Source: Pseudomonadales bacterium
GTDB lineage: Bacteria > Pseudomonadota > Gammaproteobacteria > Pseudomonadales > CAWVSB01
Direction of reading: 5' to 3'
DNA length: 64,000 bases
Assembly (NCBI GenBank): GCA_046710535.1
Contig: JBKEHH010000003.1
Location: 187,969 to 251,968 of the forward strand
The notes under the pieces are model-generated. The model saw only the letters and a list, made by a program, of their open reading frames with translations, ran no database searches and was not told the DNA's origin. How positions within the stretch are numbered: position 1 is the stretch's first letter; each line of letters begins with the position of its first letter. Position numbers and translations under genes: made by a program. Positions 50,065 through 60,619 of this stretch are shown here, piece by piece.

Positions 50065-50610
50065 TTACCAATCTTCCTTAACTTTTTCTTCCTTAGCTCT
50101 TTCTTCCTTAGCTCTTTCTTCCCTAGTCGTTTTTATCAACTTAGCATGCGCTGGCGCTAGCTCTGCCATCGCTTTGCGGTAAACATCTTTCTTAAAATCA
50201 ATAACTTGAGTAAGCGGATACCAATAACTTACCCACTCCCAACGATCGAATTCCGCCTTGTCGCCACAATCAAAACAAACATCAGCGTCTTTACCCTGCA
50301 TCTGCAGTAAATACCACTTTTGCTTTTGCCCGATACAGACCGGCTCTGAATTTTTGCGAACTAAATGCGGCGGTAATCGGTAGTGCAGCCAACCCTGAGT
50401 ACTAGCAACAATTTCTACCAGCCCTGGCTGCAAGCCAATTTCTTCATGCAGTTCTCTATACATTGCATCTTCGGGCGTCTCGTCGCGGTCTATGCCGCCC
50501 TGGGGAAACTGCCAAGAGTCCTGCCCGATACGGCGAGCCCATAACAGTCGGCCCATACTATCGGCAACCATAATGCCCACATTTGACCGGTATCCATCTG
50601 CATCTATCAC
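50065..50610 (-). CDS. rppH: RNA pyrophosphohydrolase
   Basis: '[12 protein letters not shown]', Nudix box 'WQFPQGG...[10 protein letters not shown]', 'GQKQKW'. Confidence 0.97.
   Translation of the reverse strand: MIDADGYRSNVGIMVADSMGRLLWARRIGQDSWQFPQGGIDRDETPEDAMYRELHEEIGLQPGLVEIVASTQGWLHYRLPPHLVRKNSEPVCIGQKQKWYLLQMQGKDADVCFDCGDKAEFDRWEWVSYWYPLTQVIDFKKDVYRKAMAELAPAHAKLIKTTREERAKEERAKEEKVKEDW
50072..50131. repeat. 15-bp tandem repeat in rppH 3' end
   Basis: tcttccttaactttt / tcttccttagctctt / tcttccttagctctt / tcttccctagtcgtt, encoding [18 protein letters not shown]. Confidence 0.85.
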
Positions 50611-50778
50611 TGTTAAATTTCCACCTTAAACCATAATCTATAACTTCATTATTTCACAAATATGACGTAGACGACAATTTGATATCGCCAGCTAAGTCAC
50701 AGATATTTGTATCAGCTGCCGCTCATCAGTATTCTACGCACTACAGAAATCAGTAAACCCTCTTTTAGGAGCAATACC

Positions 50779-51435
50779 TTGGCCTTAGCACTGTTTGATT
50801 TAGACAACACTTTAATAGCAGGCGACAGCGACCACGCCTGGGGTGAGTTTGTGGTCGAAAAAGGGCTAGTTGATGGCGAAGATTTCAGCACCGCTAACGA
50901 CAAGTTTTTTGCCGACTACCAACAAGGCCAGCTCGATATCTACGCCTACCTGTGCTTCGCCTTAGAGCCATTGGCGCAGTTTAACCCACTGCAACTAAAT
51001 GACTTACACAAAGAATTTATGACCAACAAAATTAACCCCATTAAATTGGCCAAAGCTGATGCAATATTAGAACAGCATCGCGCCGCCGGCGACACTATTA
51101 TGGTAATTACTGCCACCAATAGCTTTGTCACTGGGCCAATAGTCGAATCCCTTGGCATCGACTTATTAATCGCCTCAGAAGGCGAAATAATTAACGACCG
51201 CTACACCGGAAAACCTAGCGGCGTACCCAGCTATAAAGAAGGCAAAGTAACGCGTCTGCAACAGTGGCTTGAGGAAACTGGACACAGTTTAGAAGGCAGC
51301 TATTTTTATAGCGACTCCCACAACGATTTGCCCCTACTAAATATTGTCGACAACCCCGTCGTGGTAGATCCAGACCCAATATTACACCAGCATGCACTAG
51401 ACCATGGCTGGCCAATATTGTCGTTTAGACGCTAA
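50779..51435 (+). CDS. HAD-IB family hydrolase (probable histidinol-phosphatase)
   Basis: 'LFDLDNTL', 'ITATN', 'FYSDSHNDLPLL'; TTG start after AGGAG; divergent from rppH. Confidence 0.88.
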   Translation: MALALFDLDNTLIAGDSDHAWGEFVVEKGLVDGEDFSTANDKFFADYQQGQLDIYAYLCFALEPLAQFNPLQLNDLHKEFMTNKINPIKLAKADAILEQHRAAGDTIMVITATNSFVTGPIVESLGIDLLIASEGEIINDRYTGKPSGVPSYKEGKVTRLQQWLEETGHSLEGSYFYSDSHNDLPLLNIVDNPVVVDPDPILHQHALDHGWPILSFRR

Positions 51436-51442
51436 GCAAACC

Positions 51443-52633
51443 TTAGCGGTAAATCCTAGCAAACACGGCTTTCAAATATTCTGTTTCAACAATCGCCGGA
51501 TGCACCGGATGATCTGGCCCCTGCCCACCTTGCTCTAATATCTGACAGCGTTTTTCAACCTGTCTACTAGCAGCACGCAAAATATCGTTCAGGCGATCTT
51601 TAGCCAAATGCATAGAGCAAGACGCCGATACCAAAATACCATTGTCGTTTAACAGCCGCATGGCCAGTTGATTAAGCTGTTTATAACCGGCCTCACCTAC
51701 TTTTATATCTTTACGTTTTTTTATAAAGGCAGGTGGATCAATAATTACCACGTCAAATTTTTCGCCGGCATCAATTAAATCACGCATACAAGCGTTGGCT
51801 TGGCCTTTCATTGTCATAACTTTATCGGTCACGTTATTGTGTCCCGCATTTTTAGCTACGTATTCCAACGCCAATGGCGAGCTATCCACGCACACTACTT
51901 CGCTGGCACCCGCTATTGCCGCCTGTATTCCCCAACTACCGCCATAGCTGAATACATCTAGCACTCTAGCGTTTTGGCAATAACGCTTTAGGCGCTGACG
52001 GTTTTCACGGTGATCATAAAACCAGCCTGTTTTTTGCCCATCTAACACCGGCACTTCAAAACGTGCGTCGTTTTCTGTCAACATGACCGCAGCAGGTAAC
52101 TCGCCATAAACCACCTTTACATATTCAGGCAGATCTTCCGCTCTTCTAGCGTGGGAGTCGTTCTTTAGCACAACCGCCAGCGGGGCCAGCACTTCAACCA
52201 AGGCCGCCACTATTTCTTCTTTTACCTGCTCCATACCAACTGTGCCAATTTGTACCACCAACACATCATTAAAGCGGTCGACAACTAAGTCTGGTAAATC
52301 GTCACTTTCGCCATAAATTAGTCGATAACTACTGTCTGCATAAAGCCTTTCACGCACTACTAAGGCTTGCCGAATTCTTGTTACTAGCAGCTCTTTACCC
52401 AAAAAGTCTTTTAATTCGCGTGTTATTAGCCGTCCACAAATTAACGAATTAGGATTTAGGTAAACCACGCCAACCACTTTGCCATTAGACGACTCAAGTA
52501 CGGCTTGCTCGCCGGCACTAAAGTTTTTAAGCGGCGTTGCCTGGGTATCAATCTCGTTACTGTAAACCCACAAATGGCCGCCACGAATGCGACGATCACA
52601 TTTATCCTTTAAACGAATAACAGCTAATTCCAT
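51443..52633 (-). CDS. rlmI: 23S rRNA m5C1962 methyltransferase-like (RlmI family)
   Basis: 'GHLWVYSNEI', 'GQKTGWFYDHRENR', 'DPPAF', 'SASCS', 'DHPVHP'. Confidence 0.85.
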   Translation of the reverse strand: MELAVIRLKDKCDRRIRGGHLWVYSNEIDTQATPLKNFSAGEQAVLESSNGKVVGVVYLNPNSLICGRLITRELKDFLGKELLVTRIRQALVVRERLYADSSYRLIYGESDDLPDLVVDRFNDVLVVQIGTVGMEQVKEEIVAALVEVLAPLAVVLKNDSHARRAEDLPEYVKVVYGELPAAVMLTENDARFEVPVLDGQKTGWFYDHRENRQRLKRYCQNARVLDVFSYGGSWGIQAAIAGASEVVCVDSSPLALEYVAKNAGHNNVTDKVMTMKGQANACMRDLIDAGEKFDVVIIDPPAFIKKRKDIKVGEAGYKQLNQLAMRLLNDNGILVSASCSMHLAKDRLNDILRAASRQVEKRCQILEQGGQGPDHPVHPAIVETEYLKAVFARIYR

Positions 52634-52656
52634 AACAACACCAACAGGCTAAAAAT

Positions 52657-52690
52657 AAAAACGGGCGTGCTGAAAATCAGTCACGCCCGT
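52657..52690 (-). terminator. Rho-independent terminator after gcvH
   Basis: ACGGGCGTG-CTGA-AAA-TCAG-T-CACGCCCGT hairpin with U-tract on minus strand. Confidence 0.7.
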
Positions 52691-52709
52691 ATAAAATGAA
52701 CAGAGGTTT

Positions 52710-53096
52710 TTACTCCTCGCAAGACGCCTCGTAGGCTTCGCCATTTAATAACTCATCAAGCTCAGACACATCTGCAGGCTTAACTCTAAACATCCAACCT
52801 TCACCATAAGGGTCTTCATTAATTGTCTCCGGCGCATCTTCCAGCACTTCATTAATCGCAATCACTTCACCGCTAACTGGGGAGTAAATATCCGATGCCG
52901 CTTTAACTGACTCTACTACCCCAGCCTCACCGCCAGCATCAAGATCATCACCAATATCTGGCACTTCAACAAATACCACATCGCCCAGAGCTTGCTGAGC
53001 ATGATCACTAATACCAACTGTTACCGTGCCATCCTCTTCCAATCTAGCCCATTCGTGAGATCTGGCATACTTTAATTCGGTAGGTGTGTGGCTCAT
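52710..53096 (-). CDS. gcvH: Glycine cleavage system H protein
   Basis: 'SHEW', '[17 protein letters not shown]', lipoyl-Lys 'ESVKAASD', 'DPYGEGW'. Confidence 0.97.
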   Translation of the reverse strand: MSHTPTELKYARSHEWARLEEDGTVTVGISDHAQQALGDVVFVEVPDIGDDLDAGGEAGVVESVKAASDIYSPVSGEVIAINEVLEDAPETINEDPYGEGWMFRVKPADVSELDELLNGEAYEASCEE

Positions 53097-53217
53097 GGTG
53101 TTCCCTTGGTTCAGAGTATAAAACGATAGTCTATTTGATGGCGGATTTTACTAGCAGTGGAGTGAAACACAAGCGCAGAGTCAAAAAATGTTAGTATTTC
53201 ACTAGCTTTATGGGCGG

Positions 53218-54453
53218 CTATAAACCCGTTGCTTGGCGGATAATCGTATTTTTAACAGCAGGAATTTTACCCAGTAAGCGCAACCCTTCGTTGCGCAGCC
53301 AGCGCACTGGTAGTTCGGGGCGTTCAAATAAACGCTTAAATCCATCCATTGCGGCCATCATGGCTAAGTTATCCGCCATCCGGCGACGCTGATAGCGGCG
53401 CAGTATTGTCTCATCGCCAACCGCTAAACCACGCTTGGCCCCGCGGATAATTTCTTCAGCCAGCACTTGCACATCTTGTAAGCCTAAATTAATACCTTGC
53501 CCCGCTAGCGGGTGAATACTATGTGCCGCGTCACCCACTAACACTAAGCCAGGTTTAAAATATTGCTTCGCGTGGCGCTGACGCAACGGGAAGCTAAAGC
53601 GCTTACTGACCGCAGTAATTTCACCAAGCCTATACTCAAATGCTTTTCCTAACGCACTGCGAAACTCGTCGTCAGTTAACGCCGACAGCTCATCTGCATA
53701 GTTAAGTTCAGCTGACCAAACTATAGAGCAATAGTGTTTGCCATTATCAGCGTCGGTTAGCGGCAGCAACGCCAACGGCCCCTGCGGTAAAAAGCGCTGC
53801 CAAGCCGTATGCTGATGATGCCCCTCGCATTCAACTGTGGCCACAATAGCCTTGTGGTTGTAATCCCACTCGCGGGTTTCAAACCCGGCTAAGGTTCTAA
53901 TAATCGACAAGGCCCCATCGGCAGCCACCACCAACGATGCCTGCATCGTTGAGCCATCTTCTAGCACCAAGCTATATGCCGCTTCACCAATAGCGACATC
54001 TGTTGTCGTTATTTCTATTAGGTCACTTACTTTGGTATTACTAAACACATCAATTGGCAGTGCGCTAAGACGCTGCAACAAACACCAATTAGTTATTCGG
54101 TTTTCAACAATATGCCCTAACCGCGGCTGCTGCACCTCACCGGCATCAAATTCTATTTCGCCGGTACCCTGAGCATCCCACACTGTCATATGGCTGTATG
54201 GACTAACAGAAATCCTCTGCATCGAGTCCCATACATCAATTTGCTGTAAAAACTCTCTTGAGGCTTCGGTCAAGGCACTAACCCGAGGATCAAACTCACC
54301 CACTTTACTAGCCGCTAACGGTGCTGCTGCCGGCAGGTTGCTGCCTTCAAGCAACGCTATTTTCAAACCACTCTCACCTAAAGCACATGCCAGAGCACTA
54401 CCTGACAAGCCGGCGCCAACAATAACAACATCATATTGTTTGGTATTTACCAC
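53218..54453 (-). CDS. ubiI: FAD-dependent ubiquinone biosynthesis hydroxylase (UbiI/VisC)
   Basis: 'RVSAL', 'LGHIVEN', 'AWQRFLPQGPLALLP', 'GDAAHSIHPLAGQGINLG'; downstream of ubiH. Confidence 0.85.
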   Translation of the reverse strand: MVNTKQYDVVIVGAGLSGSALACALGESGLKIALLEGSNLPAAAPLAASKVGEFDPRVSALTEASREFLQQIDVWDSMQRISVSPYSHMTVWDAQGTGEIEFDAGEVQQPRLGHIVENRITNWCLLQRLSALPIDVFSNTKVSDLIEITTTDVAIGEAAYSLVLEDGSTMQASLVVAADGALSIIRTLAGFETREWDYNHKAIVATVECEGHHQHTAWQRFLPQGPLALLPLTDADNGKHYCSIVWSAELNYADELSALTDDEFRSALGKAFEYRLGEITAVSKRFSFPLRQRHAKQYFKPGLVLVGDAAHSIHPLAGQGINLGLQDVQVLAEEIIRGAKRGLAVGDETILRRYQRRRMADNLAMMAAMDGFKRLFERPELPVRWLRNEGLRLLGKIPAVKNTIIRQATGL

Positions 54454-55682
54454 TTAATCCGAGCTCCCACCAAACCAGCTGTTTCTTTAACAAACTTAGA
54501 TTTCAGCGACGGCACCACATCTAATGCGCTAAGACCAAAATCTCTCAACGCCGCAAACACCATTTGGTCAGCCATAAATACCTCGCCCACCTTGTCACTA
54601 AATACAGTTGTTTTACGCTGGTCCCACGCTTGATTTTCTCTATATTGCTCTAGCAGACGCAAGCTACCTAAATCATCACCAGCGCCTTTAGCGTTGCAAA
54701 CAAGGTCACATAATCCGTTAATATCACGCAGTGCCAGATTAAAACCTTGCCCGGCAACCGGATGTAAAAAGTGGGCCGCATTACCCATTACCACAACACC
54801 GCGTCGCACTTGCTCGCACGCTTCTATTAACTTAAGCGGGTAACTTGCGCGCTCGCCCACTCGTTGTAATTTCCCCAACCGATAACCGAACCGCTCTTGC
54901 AAGCGCAATAAAAAGTCCTCATCGGGTAAATTGATAATTTCTTCCGCCAGCTCGCAAGGCATAGTCCATACCAATGCACTGCGGTTATGCCCTTGACTAG
55001 CAGCCAGCGGCAACATGGCCAGCGGGCCGGTATCAGTAAACCGTTCGTAGGCTAATCCAAGGTGTGGTTTGGCGGTCGCAATATTGGCAATAATTGCGCT
55101 ATGGCGGTAATCATTTTCACTGTATTGAATACCTATCGATTGCGCTAAGGCTGAAGGTGCACCATCGGCAATAACCAACAAACTACAGCCGATTTTTTCA
55201 TCAATGTCGTTCTGGCGAATAGTGGCAAGCGGTTTTTCGCCAGCAGTATCAACCGCGCTAACTTTAGCAGGGCTGCGCCAATCGATACAAGCATGACTTT
55301 GCACTGCTGCCAATAACACTTTGCCTAGCCACTGGTTCTCGACCACATAACCTAAGGCTGGTAAATTTTCTTGCTCCGCATTCATCAAAGTTGAACCTAA
55401 GCGGCCTTTATTCGACACATGAATTTGATTAATTCTTTGCAGATGTTCGCTAAGATGCTGCCACACGCCCATCGCTTCAATAATTGCTTTGCTGCCAGCA
55501 GACAGCGCTGTTGAGCGCGCATCAAAACTTGGCTGGTAAGAAGGTTTAGATGTATCTTCCGGCAGCGGAAAGCCTTCTACCACCAACAACGATATTGCGC
55601 CGCTACTCGCTTCGGCTAAAGCGCAGGCAAGACTAGCCCCCACCATTCCACCGCCTGCTATGACAACATCATATTGCTGCAT
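54447..55682 (-). CDS. ubiH: 2-octaprenyl-6-methoxyphenyl hydroxylase
   Basis: 'FDARSTALS', 'AYERFTDTGP', 'GNAAHFLHPVAGQGFNL'; follows pepP. Confidence 0.92.
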   Translation of the reverse strand: MQQYDVVIAGGGMVGASLACALAEASSGAISLLVVEGFPLPEDTSKPSYQPSFDARSTALSAGSKAIIEAMGVWQHLSEHLQRINQIHVSNKGRLGSTLMNAEQENLPALGYVVENQWLGKVLLAAVQSHACIDWRSPAKVSAVDTAGEKPLATIRQNDIDEKIGCSLLVIADGAPSALAQSIGIQYSENDYRHSAIIANIATAKPHLGLAYERFTDTGPLAMLPLAASQGHNRSALVWTMPCELAEEIINLPDEDFLLRLQERFGYRLGKLQRVGERASYPLKLIEACEQVRRGVVVMGNAAHFLHPVAGQGFNLALRDINGLCDLVCNAKGAGDDLGSLRLLEQYRENQAWDQRKTTVFSDKVGEVFMADQMVFAALRDFGLSALDVVPSLKSKFVKETAGLVGARIKW

Positions 55683-55683
55683 T

Positions 55684-56997
55684 TTAATCAGCCATCAGTG
55701 CTTCAATTCCATCAATTGTTTTCGGCACACCAGCAGTTAACACCTCACAACCTGTTTTAGTTACCGCCACATCGTCTTCAATTCGAATACCAATACCACG
55801 CCATTTTTCATCAACGTTTTTGTTCTCCGGCGCCACATAAATACCGGGCTCAACAGTCAACACCATGCCCGCTTCTAGTTCGCGCCAGCAGTCACCAACT
55901 TTATAATCGCCAACATCATGCACATCCATCCCCAACCAATGGCCAGCGCGGTGCATGTAAAAATCTTTATAGGCTTCGGTCGCAATCAATTCTTTTACGT
56001 CACCGTTAAGCAAGCCCAAATCGACCAAGCCCTGGGTAATAACCGCTACTGTTACATCGTGGGGTACATTCCACCCCACCCCCGCTTTAATAGCCGCTAT
56101 TGCCGCAATTTGTGAATCCAACACTACTTGATATAAAGCCCTTTGCGCTGGTGTATATTTACCATTAGCCGGAAAGGTGCGGGTAATATCAGCCGCATAA
56201 AAATCCAACTCGCAACCCGCATCAATCAACACCAAATCGCCATCTTTTATTTTTGACGTGTTTTGAGTGTAATGCAAAATGCAGCCATTTTTACCGGCAC
56301 CTACTATCGAGGTATAAGCTGCAGCGCGAGAACCCGCCGCCATAAACTCATGAGTAATCTCAGCTTCAAGTTGATACTCAAACATGTTTGGCTGGCAGTA
56401 TTTCATTGCTCGCACATGAGCACGGGCCGAAATTTCACCCGCTTTACGCATAATGTCTAATTCGTTTTTACTTTTTATGACCCGCAATTCATGCAGCAAG
56501 TGGTCTAAGTCGACAAATTCTCCTGGCGGCTGCGCACCACTGCGCACCTTAGAGCGAATCACGTTCACCCACTCCATCACTTGACGATCAAACTCAGGCA
56601 TCCGCCCCATCGCATAGTTAACTCGCCCTCGGCCTTCTATTAAGCCTGGCAATATCTCATCTATATCACTTATTGGAAAAGCGTCGTCGGCATCGAATTT
56701 TTCTATCGCGCCTTCCGGACCCGCTAGATAACCGGTCCACAATTCCTTAGCCGGGTCACGCTCTTGGCAAAACAACACATACTCACCATGTTCGCGGCCC
56801 GGCAATAACACCAGCACCGCATCAGGCTCATCAAAACCAGTTAAGTAATAAAAATCACTGTCTTGGCGAAAGGCAAACTCTGAATCACGATTTCTTATTA
56901 ACTGCTGGGCAGCAGGAATAATCGCGATACTGTCATGTTCCATTAACGCCATCAGTTCTTTTCGGCGCTTGGCAAATTCTTGTCGTTTTATAGTCAT
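55684..56997 (-). CDS. pepP: Xaa-Pro aminopeptidase
   Basis: 'FRQDSDFYYLTGF', 'DITRTFP', 'GHWLGMDVHD', 'TVEPGIY', 'GIRIEDD'. Confidence 0.96.
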   Translation of the reverse strand: MTIKRQEFAKRRKELMALMEHDSIAIIPAAQQLIRNRDSEFAFRQDSDFYYLTGFDEPDAVLVLLPGREHGEYVLFCQERDPAKELWTGYLAGPEGAIEKFDADDAFPISDIDEILPGLIEGRGRVNYAMGRMPEFDRQVMEWVNVIRSKVRSGAQPPGEFVDLDHLLHELRVIKSKNELDIMRKAGEISARAHVRAMKYCQPNMFEYQLEAEITHEFMAAGSRAAAYTSIVGAGKNGCILHYTQNTSKIKDGDLVLIDAGCELDFYAADITRTFPANGKYTPAQRALYQVVLDSQIAAIAAIKAGVGWNVPHDVTVAVITQGLVDLGLLNGDVKELIATEAYKDFYMHRAGHWLGMDVHDVGDYKVGDCWRELEAGMVLTVEPGIYVAPENKNVDEKWRGIGIRIEDDVAVTKTGCEVLTAGVPKTIDGIEALMAD

Positions 56998-57011
56998 AGC
57001 TTTTTACCAAA

Positions 57012-57626
57012 TCAGTGAACGCTGTCATTAGCGGGGGGATAAGGTGCACCGGTTGCCGGATCTAACTCCCGCGGTGGTGGCGGGTTTAAATCCAACCAAA
57101 CTTGAATAGCACCCAGACGCACATATTCAAGTAGCTCCAAATAATCTTGTTCTTGCTGTTCAGCGTCGTCTTCATCAACCATCACTTGCGCAATACTGGC
57201 AAGGTCGGTTAATACTTCACGGCTTTCTTCACTTAAATCTTTCCAGCCTTGCTGAGTATTGCCAGCCAGTGCAAAGCCTGTCAGAAAACCTTGGCACCAT
57301 TGGCCCAAACCTTCAACTCTCTCTAGCATCGAGGCCTGCTCATCGGGTACCAACAATTCCAAACCAAAACCTTCCACACTAAATTGCTGCGTAACAACTC
57401 CAACTAGCGCACACAATTCATCGGCTATAGGGGTGCCCGGCTGAATATTCACTTCTAGCAATTGCGAGCAAATTGCCAACCATTGATTAGGCTTAGGCGT
57501 GCCATTACCGGCAATCAGCCCGCTGAGCTGGCCATGCAGCTCAGCCGGTCTAGCTTCTGCTTCTAAGCTTAAAAACCAATCATCTACGTCATCATATTCA
57601 GGCAGCGCAGGTAAAGAATCTGTCAT
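57012..57626 (-). CDS. UPF0149 family protein (YgfB-like)
   Basis: 'PAELHG', 'WCQGFLTGF', 'ELLEYVR'; precedes pepP. Confidence 0.9.
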   Translation of the reverse strand: MTDSLPALPEYDDVDDWFLSLEAEARPAELHGQLSGLIAGNGTPKPNQWLAICSQLLEVNIQPGTPIADELCALVGVVTQQFSVEGFGLELLVPDEQASMLERVEGLGQWCQGFLTGFALAGNTQQGWKDLSEESREVLTDLASIAQVMVDEDDAEQQEQDYLELLEYVRLGAIQVWLDLNPPPPRELDPATGAPYPPANDSVH

Positions 57627-57794
57627 AATTTTCTCTTACCAGCACATTAAAGCACTTAGTTTATCAGGTTTATCCGCTAGAGATATCGCAAAGAGTACAG
57701 GGTTATACTAATTTTCTAGTCAATCAGATTATTGACCCTTATGGCTGTGACAACTATAGTTAGTGACAGTAATTAATCAGACCTGCGATACAGT

Positions 57795-58004
57795 ATGGAA
57801 AACGCCAAATTTATTGAACTTGAAGGCAAAATCGACGCACTGATAGAAGTGTGCGATGGCCTGCACCGCGAAAACGAAATGCTTAAATCTACCCAATCTA
57901 CTTGGCAGCGAGAACGCGCCCAATTGCGCGAAAAAAATGAGCAAGCCAGAACGCGGGTAGAAGCAATGATCGCTAGACTGAAGTCGTTGGAGAAAGAAGT
58001 ATGA
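57795..58004 (+). CDS. TIGR02449 family coiled-coil protein (ZapB-like)
   Basis: 'ERAQLREKNEQARTRVEAMIARLKSLE'; upstream of zapA. Confidence 0.88.
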   Translation: MENAKFIELEGKIDALIEVCDGLHRENEMLKSTQSTWQRERAQLREKNEQARTRVEAMIARLKSLEKEV

Positions 58005-58315
58005 GCAGCGACGATAAAAAAACAGTTAATGTCACTATCCTCGATAAACCTTACCACGTTGCTCTGCCCTCAGGTGAGCACGTTGCACTTACCGCATCGG
58101 CCCGTTACTTAGATGAGCACATGCGTGCCATTCGCAAAGGTGGCAAAGTTGTGGGCTTAGAACGCATAGCTGTAATGGCCGCGCTTAACATTACCAACGA
58201 CCTACTAAAGCAAGACGTAGAACAAGAAGCGAACAATCGCTACAACGATCACAGCATAAACCGTCTTGGTAGCAAAGTTGACGAAGCGATTGCTCGTTTT
58301 CAATCAGACAGCTAA
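58001..58315 (+). CDS. zapA: Cell division protein ZapA
   Basis: 'VTILDKPY', 'ERIAVMAALNI'; precedes 6S RNA. Confidence 0.93.
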   Translation: MSSDDKKTVNVTILDKPYHVALPSGEHVALTASARYLDEHMRAIRKGGKVVGLERIAVMAALNITNDLLKQDVEQEANNRYNDHSINRLGSKVDEAIARFQSDS

Positions 58316-58346
58316 TAAATCCTACCGCTACAGTCCTCCGCTAGGC

Positions 58347-58352
58347 TATAAT
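58347..58352 (+). promoter_or_regulatory. -10 box of 6S RNA promoter
   Basis: Perfect TATAAT 7 nt before predicted 6S 5' end. Confidence 0.65.
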
Positions 58353-58358
58353 ATTTCT

Positions 58359-58531
58359 ATTCCCTGGGATACTCGCCAGCACAACAGTCCCTGAGCCGAT
58401 AAGTAATACCTCGGCAATTTTTCGCTGATGTTGGTGTGCATGTCCGCAAGTCGGAAAGCCTAACGCATCACAAAGATCGCCACCTTGAACATTCGGTTCG
58501 AGGCAAATATTGCAGCGGTATTTTGGGGAAT
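58359..58531 (+). ncRNA. ssrS: 6S RNA
   Basis: Canonical zapA-6S-fau position; closing stem ATTCCC/GGGAAT; conserved 'GTCCCTGAGCCGAT', 'CCTTGAAC...GGTTCGAGG' elements; ends approximate. Confidence 0.9.
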
Positions 58532-58553
58532 CCTTATTTAACAGGTACAAGTT

Positions 58554-59108
58554 ATGGTGCAACGCAACCAGCTCCGACAAGACCTAAGACTGACGCGTAA
58601 AAACCTCAGCTCCGAGCAGCAACTAGCCGCAGCGGATTCAGTAGCAAGCAATATTAATTCAATCCCGGAGTTTCAACATGCCAACAGTATTGGCGGCTAT
58701 ATTGTTAATGACGGCGAAATTGACCCCGCACAATTAATACTGCAAGCCTGGAAAAACAATAAAGCTATTTATTTGCCCAAAATAAAAACTAATAACGACA
58801 TGGTATTTGTGCGTTATGAGCAAAACAGTACACTAGAAAAAAATCAATACGGTATTGCCGAACCAAGCTCCAGCGATGTAGCAGAAACATTAGACGTGGT
58901 GTTAGTCCCACTCGTAGGGTTTGACAAAAGTGGCAATCGGCTCGGCATGGGCGGTGGCTATTACGACCGCTATTTAGCCCACTGCCAGCAACACACTTAT
59001 TTAATAGGCCTAGCGCACCACTGCCAACAAGTGACACAACTAGAAATTAAAAGCTGGGACATACCACTAAATTTGATTGTCACCGACAATCAAATCATTA
59101 ACTGTTAG
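58554..59108 (+). CDS. fau: 5-formyltetrahydrofolate cyclo-ligase
   Basis: 'DGEIDP', 'VPLVGFDKSGNRLGMGGGYYDR', 'WDIPL'. Confidence 0.95.
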   Translation: MVQRNQLRQDLRLTRKNLSSEQQLAAADSVASNINSIPEFQHANSIGGYIVNDGEIDPAQLILQAWKNNKAIYLPKIKTNNDMVFVRYEQNSTLEKNQYGIAEPSSSDVAETLDVVLVPLVGFDKSGNRLGMGGGYYDRYLAHCQQHTYLIGLAHHCQQVTQLEIKSWDIPLNLIVTDNQIINC

Positions 59109-60619
59109 CCCAAAAACAATTTATACGCTGGGTTATCTGTCTCATCCCAATACTTATAATTCAATGCTTTAAAGTCTGCCTCAACTTTTTTACGCTCACC
59201 CTTAGGAACTTGCAGGCCAACTAACACCCGTCCATAAGCGGCTCCATGGTTGCGATAGTGAAACATCGAAATATTCCGACTCTGCCCCAGCGATGTTAAG
59301 AAATTCATTAACGCACCCGGGCGCTCTGGAAATTCAAAACGATACACTAGCTCATCTTTAACATCTGGCGCATGCCCGCCAACCATATAACGCACATGCA
59401 GCTTAGCTAACTCGTCTTCGGTTAAGTCGAGCACTTGATAGCCTTTATCTATCAGCTTAGTAACCAGCTCTTGCCTATCTTTGCCGCCGCTGGCAACTTG
59501 TACGCCAACAAAAATTTGTGCCCCATCGTCATTGGCATAGCGATAATTAAATTCAGTGACCATACGCTTACCAATGGCCGCACAAAACTTTTTAAACGCA
59601 CCAGGCTTTTCCGGAACAGTTACCGCCAGTACAGCTTCGCGCTGCTCGCCTACTTCGGTGCGCTCAGCAATATAACGCAGCCGATCAAAATTAATATTAG
59701 CCCCGCTATGTATTGCCACTAAGGTTTGTCCCGTGGCGCCCGTTCCAGCAATATATTTTTTTAAGCCAGCAAGCGACAATGCGCCGGCGGGCTCTGCAAT
59801 AGACCGAGTGTCGTCGAAAATATCTTTTACTGCCGCACACATCTCGTCGCTATTAGCCGTAATTACGCCGTCAATAGAGTCTTTAATCACACTGAATGTT
59901 TCTTTACCAATTTGTTTTACCGCCACCCCATCAGCAAAGATTCCAACCTCAGGTAATATTACTCGGCGCTTACTGTCCATCGCCGCTTTAAGGCAAGCCG
60001 CATCTTCTGGCTCCACCCCAAACACCTTAACTTCTGGGCGCACATGCTTAATGTAAGCGACAATACCCGCTAACAAACCGCCACCACCAACAGGTACAAA
60101 AACCGCATCTATAGGGCCGGGATGCTGCTTAAGAATTTCCATGCCAATAGTGCCCTGGCCTGCAATTACCAACGGGTCGTCATAAGGATGTACATATACC
60201 ATGCCTTTTTCTTCAACTAGCTTCGCTGCATGGGCTGCCGCATCATCATAACTATCGCCAATCAAAATAATTTTAGCGCCATGGTTTCGCACCGCATCCA
60301 CTTTTATACTGGGCGTGGTTTTGGGCATTACAATCGTCGCCTTAATGCCCAGCACTTTAGCTGACAAAGCCACGCCTTGCGCATGATTACCCGCCGAGGC
60401 GGCAATAATGCCTTTGGCTTTTTGTTCGTCACTAAGCTTTGAAATTTTGTTATACGCACCGCGCAGCTTAAACGAAAACACCGACTGCAAGTCTTCCCGC
60501 TTCAACAGCACTTTATTGTTAAGCCGCGCCGACAACATGGGCGCGAAATCTAATGGCGACTCAATCGCAACGTCATAAACATTGGTATCAAGTATTTCAT
60601 TTATGTAGTTCTTTGGCAT
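59105..60619 (-). CDS. ilvA: Threonine ammonia-lyase, biosynthetic
   Basis: 'KREDLQSVFSFKLRGA', 'ASAGNHAQG', 'SGANINF', 'FPERPGAL', 'FHYRNHG'. Confidence 0.97.
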   Translation of the reverse strand: MPKNYINEILDTNVYDVAIESPLDFAPMLSARLNNKVLLKREDLQSVFSFKLRGAYNKISKLSDEQKAKGIIAASAGNHAQGVALSAKVLGIKATIVMPKTTPSIKVDAVRNHGAKIILIGDSYDDAAAHAAKLVEEKGMVYVHPYDDPLVIAGQGTIGMEILKQHPGPIDAVFVPVGGGGLLAGIVAYIKHVRPEVKVFGVEPEDAACLKAAMDSKRRVILPEVGIFADGVAVKQIGKETFSVIKDSIDGVITANSDEMCAAVKDIFDDTRSIAEPAGALSLAGLKKYIAGTGATGQTLVAIHSGANINFDRLRYIAERTEVGEQREAVLAVTVPEKPGAFKKFCAAIGKRMVTEFNYRYANDDGAQIFVGVQVASGGKDRQELVTKLIDKGYQVLDLTEDELAKLHVRYMVGGHAPDVKDELVYRFEFPERPGALMNFLTSLGQSRNISMFHYRNHGAAYGRVLVGLQVPKGERKKVEADFKALNYKYWDETDNPAYKLFLG

